NCBI GenBank assembly: GCA_017939795.1
Contig: JAGBAA010000102.1
Coordinates: 1-64,000, forward strand
Origin: Thermoguttaceae bacterium
GTDB lineage: Bacteria > Planctomycetota > Planctomycetia > Pirellulales > Thermoguttaceae
Direction: 5' to 3'
Length of the DNA: 64,000 nucleotides
Each line of letters begins with the position of its first letter. The stretch's first letter is position 1. Made by a program: the position numbers and the translations under genes. Under the pieces are notes generated by a model. It saw only the letters and a program-made list of their open reading frames with translations. It ran no database searches and was not told where the DNA came from. Below are positions 9,699-18,039 of this stretch, one piece after another.

Positions 9699-9846
9699 AA
9701 AAAAGTTTCCTTTATGTCTCGAAGGGATTTTTGCAAATTCGCAGTGGAATGCCCGAATATTTCCCCATTATAGTCTATCTCGAATTTTTTTCAACCCTTC
9801 CAGCCAAAAAACAGTGAGGTTTTTCCATCATCTTTTAAAATTCCTC

Positions 9847-9875
9847 TTGATTGGACCGCTTTTTTTTGCTATACT
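9847..9875 (+). promoter_or_regulatory. Sigma70-like promoter (TTGATT - 17 bp - TATACT) for the lipoprotein gene at 9965
   Basis: Near-consensus -35 and -10 hexamers with a 17-bp spacer, ~90 nt upstream of the ATG. The leader contains short hairpins (gagcgtc...gacgctc). Confidence 0.5.
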
Positions 9876-9964
9876 CCGAATAATATTGTTCTGAGCGTCT
9901 GTCGAAGTAGGGACGCTCCGGCCGTTTAGGCGTCCATTGGTTTTAAATTTCAGGGGTTTCGCGG

Positions 9965-10945
9965 ATGTTTGGGACACATCGATCCTCATTTTGCCGATTT
10001 GCAGTACTCTGCCTGACACTCTGTCTGGCGGGGACGGCCGGATGCGGAACTTCCAAACTCTCGAACACTTCCAGAACGGCGACCGAACAGCTTCTTCTCT
10101 CCGACGCCATGGATCGCGCGGTCAGTCAGGTCAACTTCTCCATCCTGTCCGGGAAGAAGGTCTTCATCAAATCCACCGCGATCGAAAGCGTCACGGACCA
10201 CAAATACCTTTTGAGCCTCATTCGTCAGCACACGCTCGCAAGCGGCTGTCTTCTGCAGGAAGTCGAAGAAGAAGCCGACATCATCCTTGAGCTGCGTGCT
10301 GGAACCAGCGGTACGGATCAGCACGACACCATGTTCGGCATCAGCGAAATGACGATCCCCGGGTTTGGATACTTCACCACGACCACGCTCCCGGAAGTCG
10401 CCATCGCCAAAAAGACCGTCCAGAAAGCCACCGTCAAGATCGGGATCTTTGCGTACACGCGTGAGGGACGCAGACCGGTCTGGCAGTCCGGAAACACCGT
10501 CGCAGAAAGCCGATCCAAAAGCCGCTGGATCTTCGGGATGGGACCGTACCAGACGGGCGATATTTACGACAAAGCCGTTTTTGATGACACGAACGTTTCC
10601 ATTCCGCTTATCGACGTGGACAGCGACGAAAAGCAGTTCGTCTCGGTCGGCTCGCAGGCTTTCTTCCGAAAGAACCTTGACGAAGAAAAGAAGAAGACCG
10701 AAGAAGAGATCATCGAAGATGTCGTACAGGAGACGGCTGAAGAAGCTGAAAACGCGGAAACTCCTGCAGAGGAGGAGACCGCAGAGGCAAAAGATGCCGT
10801 TCCTGCCGAAAAAGAGACCGCCGCAGTCACGCAGCCGGAAGTCACGCTCGGAAACAATCCGGAACCTGAACCGCCAGCCTCTCAACTCCCCCCGCCGACG
10901 GCCGCTTCTTACGGAGTCCTGAATCCCGCGCCGATCTTCGAATAA
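9965..10945 (+). CDS. Hypothetical lipoprotein with a highly acidic, low-complexity C-terminal tail
   Basis: Signal peptide ending in a lipobox (LCLAGTAGC). The E/A/T/P-rich tail spans ~230-326. The antisense ORF 9986-10969 has R/F/L-rich shadow composition. Confidence 0.7.
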   Translation: MFGTHRSSFCRFAVLCLTLCLAGTAGCGTSKLSNTSRTATEQLLLSDAMDRAVSQVNFSILSGKKVFIKSTAIESVTDHKYLLSLIRQHTLASGCLLQEVEEEADIILELRAGTSGTDQHDTMFGISEMTIPGFGYFTTTTLPEVAIAKKTVQKATVKIGIFAYTREGRRPVWQSGNTVAESRSKSRWIFGMGPYQTGDIYDKAVFDDTNVSIPLIDVDSDEKQFVSVGSQAFFRKNLDEEKKKTEEEIIEDVVQETAEEAENAETPAEEETAEAKDAVPAEKETAAVTQPEVTLGNNPEPEPPASQLPPPTAASYGVLNPAPIFE

Positions 10946-10972
10946 CGCAGCGCGGCGGAGGGCTTTCACGTA

Positions 10973-11099
10973 CGGCGATACAGGCAGTCAGGCCATTCGC
11001 CGAGATGGAACATGGGGATTTTTAAAGGTATTTTTAAAGGTATTATTCTCAGAAACAAGCGTCTATTCCCGGCGAATGTGCTATCGCGCTGTATCGCCG
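10973..11099. repeat. Nested inverted-repeat element: outer arms cggcgatacag/ctgtatcgccg, inner arms cattcgccg/cggcgaatg, enclosing a ~2.5x tandem ggtatttttaaa
   Basis: Perfect 11-nt outer arms and 9-nt inner arms ~115 and ~65 nt apart. It lies immediately 3' of the lipoprotein stop and is followed by aataaaaaagcgg. Confidence 0.5.
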
Positions 11100-11321
11100 A
11101 ATAAAAAAGCGGCAAACGTTACTTCGTGACTGGATCGTCGCATTCCAAATACCTCTCCGCAAAAGGGGAATTATCGGGACTCTGCTCTGGACTGATTTTT
11201 AAACTCTATCGAATTGATAAACTCTACCATTATGTTAAAATGCGGTGGGGGGATGGATTCTGAGGATTTAGATAAAAAATTTTAAAATATGAACGTAATT
11301 TTACGATAAAATTCCGCAGTA

Positions 11322-11343
11322 CCGGAGTATTCCGTTTTATCAG
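11322..11343 (+). promoter_or_regulatory. Conserved leader motif (CCGGAGTATTCCGTTTTATCAG) at -72..-93 of the gene starting at 11415
   Basis: Identical core GTATTCCGTTTTA and identical spacing to the ATG as in the other two paralogs. It is preceded by TTTTACGATAA, as in the 2356 gene. Confidence 0.5.
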
Positions 11344-11414
11344 TGTGAGAGTTGAAACAGAAACAAGTCAAAATTCCGGGACCATCAAACATTTCATTAA
11401 ACGAGGTAATATTA

Positions 11415-14400
11415 TGAAAACCAACACGAACACACTGCGCTGTGCATTGGAAACATTCGCCAAAACCGGCAAGATCACCCTCACCGCCTCCGCGCTGATG
11501 GCCCTCGCCCTCACGGCGGCACCTGCGGACGCGAAAAGCATCACCGACACGCTCGTAGACAACGATACCGTCACCATCGAGCAGAACACGACAGTCACCG
11601 CCCCCGTTACTATCCCGGCGAACCTCACCATCACCGGTAACGCTCCGAGCACGACTCTTTCTGGAACTTCTAGTGGAGTTATTCTGCAAAATTTTGAAAA
11701 TAACATCAATCTGACATTGAAAAACTTGACTATCTCAAATGGCTCCGGTTACGAAGACGATCAGCAGATTACTTGGGGTGGTGCGATTATTGGTGATACT
11801 AATAAGTTGACTATCAATGGCGCGAATGTTGTTTTTGAAAACAATATTGGCAGTGACAATGGCGGTGCAATTATGGCGGGAAATGTATCTTTGAATGGTG
11901 ACCATACATTCCGTAATAATGAAGCAGGCCAATACGGCGGTGCGATTCTGGCAGGATATCGTGTTTATATCGATGGTAACAATCTGTTTGAAAATAACAA
12001 AGCTGGATATCATGGTGGTGCGATTTCAAGCCTGTTCCTTGATGAAGTAATACTTTCAGGAACAAATACCTTTAAAAACAACAAGGTCTTGAAAGTTTCC
12101 AGCGGTAGTGTTGGTGGCGGTGCGATCAGTGCAGGATCGATCATTTTTAAGGGAGATGATTCTGTCGCGATTTTCGAGGGAAATACTTTAGCCGGTGCCC
12201 CTAATGATATTGCGACCGGATACTATGGAACAGAAGGTTCCGTCACGATCCAGGATGCTGGCACGTACACCTTCGGCGGCGGTATCGTTTCGACGGGGCT
12301 GGATATTTCCGACGCGAACGTGACGTTCAAAGACGGCTCGAAGACCAAAATTTCCGGAGCCGTGACGCTTGTTGGTGCAAATGTCACGATCGAAGGCTCT
12401 GACGGGGCGTTCAAGACCGGTTCCATGACGGCAGATACTGGAAGCAAGCTGAACCTCGTCTACACCGGCAATACCGGCGGTACGCTGATCTCCGGCGACC
12501 TCTCCGGACTTCCCGCGTCCATCATCAATATCCAGTACTCCGGTCTGGACAGCGGTTCTGCCGCGGTCGAGAGCATGGGAGCCAACGGCCTGACCATTTC
12601 CGTGCTCAACAACGCGGACACCTTCAACCTCATCCAGAACGGCACCCACACGCAGAGTTCCTCCACGCTCACCGGTCTCGGCACGGTGAACAGCGGCGAC
12701 CAGATCATCGTTACCGATAATGCGGTCCTCGGAGCCGGCGATTACCTCACCGTCCCGGAAAGCCTTACCGTTAAATCTAATTCACTTAACGATGTCCGCA
12801 CGATCCACCGTATTCCAGGTGAAACTTCTGATTGTTTTTTCCGTATTCCGGGAACAGATTCTTCTGATAATATGCTCTATACAAAGTTGAACATGGAAAA
12901 TTTGATTTTGGATAGTGGAACCGGTTATACTCCCGGTAGTTCTGAACTGAATAATCAGGGGGGCGCGATCCAGGGCGGCTGGTTTAATAAGGTTACACTG
13001 AACGCGGAAAATGTTTCCTTCACAAACGGCAATACAAGTCTTGGCGGTGCAATCAACGTTTATACGCTCACCTTAAATGGAAACACGACTTTCCATGGAA
13101 ATACAGCCAGACACTATGCCGGTGCAATCAGCGCATACTATGGATTGGAAATCAATGGAACTCATACATTTGCCGACAACTCTGCTACCAACGGCGGTGC
13201 ATTGGCATGTATTTTTGCTGGCGAGATTTCCATTCAGGGAACCAATACCTTTACCAACAATAAAGCCAGCTCTTCCGGCGGTGCGATTGCAGCTGTGGAT
13301 GGCGGCAGCCTCACCTTCCACGGTAATAATTCCAATGCTGTTTTCACTGGTAATACTGCCAATGGCAAGAATAATGATATTAATGTCACCAATTCCGTTA
13401 CTATCAAAGACGCGGGCACGTACTTCTTCGGCGGCGGTATCGTCTCGCAAGAACTTTCCATTCAGGATAGTGCGAACGTGACGTTCGGCGGTGGATCGAT
13501 CACGGACGTTGACACCATGTCCGTCACGAACAAAGCCAACGTGACGTTCAACGACGGCGCAAAAGTCGATGGTGCGGTATCCGCCAAAGACAGTACGCTC
13601 AATTTCAACGGTAAAGCTGAAATTGAAATTACGGGCAACGTCACGGCAGAAGCAAAATCGACGGTAAACTTCAATAACGGCGCAAATGTGGACAGCGACG
13701 TAGCTGCCAAAGACAGTACGCTCAATTTCAATGGCAAAGCCGAAATCGCAGGCAATGTCACGGCTGACGCGGCTTCGACGGCAAACTTCAACGCCAATCC
13801 GGCTGGTCACGGCTTCACGACGATCAACTCGGATCAGTTCTCCGGCAAAGTGAATGCGAATGTCAAGGGGTTCACCGTTGGCGCACTGACAGAAACGAAA
13901 GGTACACAAGAAGGCGATCCCTCCACGTTCTCCGCAACGCTCATCAACGGCGTCAACGCACCGGTCAGCTCGGACTCCGGTCTCATCACTGACGCCGGCA
14001 CCGGCAACGATACGGTCGTGAATCTCAATCAGGATAAAGACGGCACGACTTACGGTTTCGCGCCGGTCCAGGGCAGCAAGCTGGTCGGGATCGATTTCGG
14101 TGACGCGAAGTCGATGGAAGTCCACAACTTCAGCCTCATCGTCGACGGTGCGGAATCCGAGATCAATCTCATCGAATTCGAAAAATGGCTCGCCAAGGAA
14201 ACGGGTCTGGAAACGTCCGTTGGTACCGGTTACGTCAGCGTGCGTCTCGAAAGTCCGTTCGAGATCATGTCGAACGACTCGTTCATCTGGGATTTCTCCG
14301 GCTTCCAGAACGGCATCGCCAACCTTCAGTTTGCCTCGGTGAACATGATGGACAGCACGGTCCCGGAACCGACGACCTGGGCACTTCTGGTCCTCGGCGG

Positions 14401-14449
14401 ACTCGGCATCTTCGGTGTCGCGCGTAAAAACCGCAAAGCGAAGAAATAA
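11415..14449 (+). CDS. PEP-CTERM-anchored secreted protein with Pmp-type GGAI/FxxN beta-helix repeats; paralog of 362-2356
   Basis: 1011 aa from MKTNTNTLRCALETF (GAGGT RBS). Many FxNN...GGAI repeats. The C-terminal ~200 aa and the PEP-CTERM tail are identical or near-identical to the 362-2356 product. The central region is divergent and lower-GC. There is an internal ~40-aa duplication (AKDSTLNFNGKAEI, ~13575-13760). Confidence 0.85.
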
Positions 14450-14480
14450 AACTCGCTGATTTCTGAAATTTTACCTCGAA

Positions 14481-14527
14481 GGGCGGGCAGATCGTGTTTC
14501 GGCACACTGTCCGTCCTGTTTTTTTAA
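14481..14527 (+). terminator. Rho-independent terminator for the 11415-14449 gene (same conserved hairpin as at 281-327)
   Basis: gggcgggcagatcgtgtttcggcacactgtccgtcc followed by tgttttttt. Confidence 0.65.
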
Positions 14528-14537
14528 ACAAAAAAAT

Positions 14538-14576
14538 CTCAGGAAGCTAAAACTTCCTGAGAGCTTTCCGTTTTTT
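14538..14576. terminator. Bidirectional hairpin terminator between the convergent Pmp-like gene and asd
   Basis: ctcaggaag-ctaaaa-cttcctgag stem-loop flanked by an A-run on one side and a T-run (ctttccgtttttta) on the other. Confidence 0.6.
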
Positions 14577-14597
14577 ACGCAATGCAGAAGATACGGA

Positions 14598-15611
14598 TCA
14601 GCCGAACATCTTCTTCGCAAGCAGTTCGGCGATCTGGACGGCGTTCGTCGCGGCTCCCTTGCGCAGGTTGTCGCTCACGCACCAGAACGTCAGGCCGTTC
14701 TCGCACGAAACGTCTTCACGAATGCGGCCAATGTACGTGTCGTTGCTTCCGGAGCAGATGCTCGGCATCGGATACACGCGGTTCGCCACGTCGTCCATGA
14801 CGACCAGACCCGGCGTGTTTTTCCAGAGTTCGATCGCCTGCTCGCGCGTGATCTTCTTCTCCGTTTCGATCGAGACCACTTCACTATGGCAGTTTTCGAC
14901 CGGAACGCGGACGCACGTCGCGGTGATCTTGATGGAGTCATCGCCCAGCATCTTCCAGGTTTCGAGGATCATCTTGACTTCTTCGCTCGTGTATCCGGGG
15001 AACGTGTCGGGGTGCTTCGGATTGCCGATCTGCGGAATGACGTTGAAGGCGATCGGATACTGGAACGTTTTCGCTTCAAAAGCTTCGCCCGCGAGGTGCG
15101 CCTTCGAGGATTCGACCAGTTCACGCTGTCCGCCGACGCCGGCCCCGGAAGTTGCCTGGTAGGTCGCGACGTTGACGCGGGTCAGTTTTCCGAAAGCGTG
15201 CAGCGGCTGGAGAGCCTGGACCATCTGGGTGGTGGAGCAGTTCGGGCTGGCGATGATCCCTTTGTGCTTCATGATGTCGTCCGGGTTGACTTCCGGAATA
15301 ACGAGCGGAACGTCTTCCTTCATGCGGAAGAACGCGCTTTCATCGACCACGATACACCCGTGCTGCACGGCGATCGGCGCCCATTCGGCAGCGGTTTCAT
15401 CCGGGGTGGAGCTGATAACGAGGTCAACGCCGTCGAACGCTTCCGGGCAAACTTCTTCCACGACGATGTCGCGTCCTGCATATTTCAGGACCTTGCCGGC
15501 CGAGCGGGCCGTGGCGAGGAATTTGATGTTCTTCGTCGGAAAGTTTCTCTCTTCCATCAAAGCGCGAATAATGGAACCCACAGCGCCGGTGGCGCCCAAA
15601 ACAGCGGTCAT
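14598..15611 (-). CDS. asd: Aspartate-semialdehyde dehydrogenase
   Basis: N-terminal GATGAVG NAD(P)-binding motif, active-site SNCSTT/IASPNCSTT, full-length similarity to Asd. Start MTAVLG at 15611 with an AGGAGAA RBS; the track ORF extends to 15650. Confidence 0.9.
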   Translation of the reverse strand: MTAVLGATGAVGSIIRALMEERNFPTKNIKFLATARSAGKVLKYAGRDIVVEEVCPEAFDGVDLVISSTPDETAAEWAPIAVQHGCIVVDESAFFRMKEDVPLVIPEVNPDDIMKHKGIIASPNCSTTQMVQALQPLHAFGKLTRVNVATYQATSGAGVGGQRELVESSKAHLAGEAFEAKTFQYPIAFNVIPQIGNPKHPDTFPGYTSEEVKMILETWKMLGDDSIKITATCVRVPVENCHSEVVSIETEKKITREQAIELWKNTPGLVVMDDVANRVYPMPSICSGSNDTYIGRIREDVSCENGLTFWCVSDNLRKGAATNAVQIAELLAKKMFG

Positions 15612-15649
15612 GTTGAACACGATAAATTCTCCTGAACAAGAAAAAACCA

Positions 15650-15673
15650 AAATCTGATAAATATTTCAGATTT
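15650..15673. promoter_or_regulatory. Inverted repeat aaatctga-N8-tcagattt in the divergent asd/cyclase promoter region (candidate operator)
   Basis: Perfect 8-nt arms with an AT-rich, itself near-palindromic 8-nt spacer, located between the divergently transcribed starts at 15611 and 15751. Confidence 0.35.
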
Positions 15674-15750
15674 ATACCACAAAAGTCCGATTTTGTAAAG
15701 ATGTCCCCCCCGAAATTTTTCCCGAAAACAGAGAATTCAGGACAATTTTT

Positions 15751-16377
15751 ATGAAATTCCTTGACCTGACCCGAGAAATATCCGAAAGTTCTCCAGTTTA
15801 TCCTGGTGATCCGCCTGTTCTGCTGACTTCGGAAGCGGAATGGGAACGGGACGGCATTCGGCTTCGGAACCTGAGCTTTTCCAGTCACCAGGGGACGCAC
15901 ATCGACGCACCAGCGCATGTTTTGGAGTCAGGAGCTTTTTTGAATGCCTTTCCGCTGGAGGTCTTTTCCGGGCCTGCGAGAGTCCTGAAGCTGGGAAAGG
16001 TCCGTCCCCGGACTGCGCTTACGCGTGAGATGCTCGAGACGTTTGAGGAGATCTTTCGAGAGTGTCCGCGGATCCTTTTTTCAGCATCATGGGAGGGACG
16101 TCAGTTCGAAGATGCGCCGTTTTTTACGCCTGAGGCGGCCCTCTGGCTGACGCGGCAGGAACACATTCTGCTTTTGGGGTTCGACTGGGCGTCTCCGGAT
16201 GCGTTTGAGGACGAAGACCTTCCGATCCATCGTATCCTGCTTGCGGAGCGGCTGCTTTTTATTGAAAATCTGACGAATCTTGAGAAATTGCCGGACGAAT
16301 TCCGTTTGACAGCGTTTCCGATCTCTTTCGATCAGGCCGATGGTGCACCGGTCCGGGCGGTCGCGGAGTTTGAGTGA
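15751..16377 (+). CDS. Cyclase-family protein (kynurenine formamidase/arylformamidase-like)
   Basis: HQGTHIDAPAH matches the HxGTHxDxPxH metal-binding motif of the putative cyclase family; 208 aa. Confidence 0.7.
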   Translation: MKFLDLTREISESSPVYPGDPPVLLTSEAEWERDGIRLRNLSFSSHQGTHIDAPAHVLESGAFLNAFPLEVFSGPARVLKLGKVRPRTALTREMLETFEEIFRECPRILFSASWEGRQFEDAPFFTPEAALWLTRQEHILLLGFDWASPDAFEDEDLPIHRILLAERLLFIENLTNLEKLPDEFRLTAFPISFDQADGAPVRAVAEFE

Positions 16378-16616
16378 GCGGATAATATTGAGTATTTTTC
16401 TGCAAAACTGAAGGGTTGGTGATTTTTTGCCGGATTTCTGTTTCGGATCAGAATGGATTCCCGGTCTGAAAATTTTAAGGAAATTTTGAAAAAGAAAAGC
16501 CGGTCCCCCTTTACAAAACAGGCAGGGTACGGTATGATGTGAATTAAGGCTGGATCTTTGTCCTGCCATTCTGTTCTGTTTTTTGTAGAATCATGTGAGT
16601 GCTGAGGTTTAGATTT

Positions 16617-17939
16617 ATGTTCGAGAAGGCAAAAGCTTTTTTCCGCAACCTGTTTGGCGGCAGCGACGGCAAGGAAACTGAAAATCTCAAGGAGAATGTC
16701 GCGTTTCTGGTCCAGATGAAGGAAGAGGTTCCGTATCCGTTTCGTGTTTTCGTCTTCGACGGAACACGTTTTCTAGGGGCGCTTGCCGATCTTTCGGATC
16801 ACGAGATCCGGGATGGGCTGACCTGTTGGGCGTTTCTGGAAGGGGCGGTCGATGTTCGGTTGACGATGCCGTTCAAAAATGGTCTGGTTTTGGAAACACA
16901 TGCCCCGATCCATCTTCTTCCGTCTGCCGGACTTGGGGCTTTTCTTGCTGGACGTACCCAGCTGACCCGCGGTGAACTTGCGTCTTGGGTGCAGGGGCGT
17001 TTTGAGCGTTTCGCCGAGATGGTGCGTACTCCGAAGGAAAATTTCATCTCTCTGGAAGCGGAGGCGAGGACGCAGCTTGCGGCAAATTTCACGCTTCTTC
17101 TTTCTGGAGCCGGGATCGAGTGCCGAAATTTCTCGGCTTTTTCACCGGTGGATGCCGTTCCGGACGTGAAGTCAGAGGAAATCGATGAAGAACTGAAGGC
17201 CGAGGTAGAAAAAGTAAACACTCCAGAGGATTGGCGGAACTTTGTTTCGGAAGTTCAGACCGCGGGTATGCCGATGACGTCCGAGACGCTTGGAAAATGG
17301 AATGGACTTGGCGAATCGCTCCTGGGAAAGACGATCTCTTCACAGGAATGTGTTGCTGGGATCCGGAAACTTGCGGAGGATGCGGCACAGGAGATCCAGG
17401 TCAATGAATCGTACTGGAATCCGCTTTCTCTCCGTCTGCGTCTTGGTCTGGATGCCGGCGGAAACGAGGTGGATGGTCCGGAAGTACAACGTGACGCTTT
17501 TCAGGTCGATGTTCCGAAGTCGCGAAGACCTAAGAAGGGATTTTTCTTCACGGACTATGTGGAGCTGGATCAGGATCTGCGGGCTTTCATCCGAACGAAG
17601 ATCCAGACGGCGGCCATTCAGATGGAGTCTGCCCAGCGAAGAGCGAAAAATGTTCGTCTGGCAACGGAACTGCGTCTGATGCGAATGTCGCTTGCCGAAA
17701 CGCTGGAGATCCTGGAGCGTGTGCCGATGCTGGATTCCAATACCCGGGCACTGCGCGTGGAAAAGGATGATCTTAAACGGCTGGCGCAGGTGCTCGATCA
17801 GGCCGTCACGGCTGCGGAGTATCTGGAAGCCGCATTGAACGCCAAAGATGTTTTCCGCGGAGAGACCGTGCCGGAGGAACTGGAGGATGCTGTGGAAATG
17901 CTCCGGAAAAAGATCACGGAACGCTGCACGATCCGTTAA
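16617..17939 (+). CDS. Hypothetical protein, possibly a divergent SPFH/band-7-like domain with a C-terminal helical region
   Basis: 440 aa from MFEKAKAFF (GAGG RBS; the track ORF starts at 16599). Weak SPFH-like pattern (…ETHAPIHLLPSAG…TRGELASWVQGRFERFAEMVRTPKENFISLEAEARTQLAANFTLLLSGAGIE…). Co-directional and closely spaced with the next two genes. Confidence 0.55.
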   Translation: MFEKAKAFFRNLFGGSDGKETENLKENVAFLVQMKEEVPYPFRVFVFDGTRFLGALADLSDHEIRDGLTCWAFLEGAVDVRLTMPFKNGLVLETHAPIHLLPSAGLGAFLAGRTQLTRGELASWVQGRFERFAEMVRTPKENFISLEAEARTQLAANFTLLLSGAGIECRNFSAFSPVDAVPDVKSEEIDEELKAEVEKVNTPEDWRNFVSEVQTAGMPMTSETLGKWNGLGESLLGKTISSQECVAGIRKLAEDAAQEIQVNESYWNPLSLRLRLGLDAGGNEVDGPEVQRDAFQVDVPKSRRPKKGFFFTDYVELDQDLRAFIRTKIQTAAIQMESAQRRAKNVRLATELRLMRMSLAETLEILERVPMLDSNTRALRVEKDDLKRLAQVLDQAVTAAEYLEAALNAKDVFRGETVPEELEDAVEMLRKKITERCTIR

Positions 17940-18039
17940 TGCAGGCGTGTCGCGGAATGGTGTTTCATCCGGCCGACAATAAAAACGAGTAAAATATAAA
18001 AGCACAAAGCACAAAATATAAAAATCAAAGGAGACTTCC

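Noticed and set aside
9986-10969. 327-aa minus-strand ORF overlapping the lipoprotein gene
   Set aside because: R/F/L-rich shadow of an E/K/A-rich coding strand. The + strand has a signal peptide, a lipobox and its own sigma70-like promoter.
13073-14125. 350-aa minus-strand ORF inside the 11415-14449 gene
   Set aside because: Antisense shadow. The coding strand shows conserved paralog C-terminus and PEP-CTERM.
14886-15635. 249-aa + strand ORF antisense to asd
   Set aside because: asd on the minus strand has unmistakable Asd motifs.
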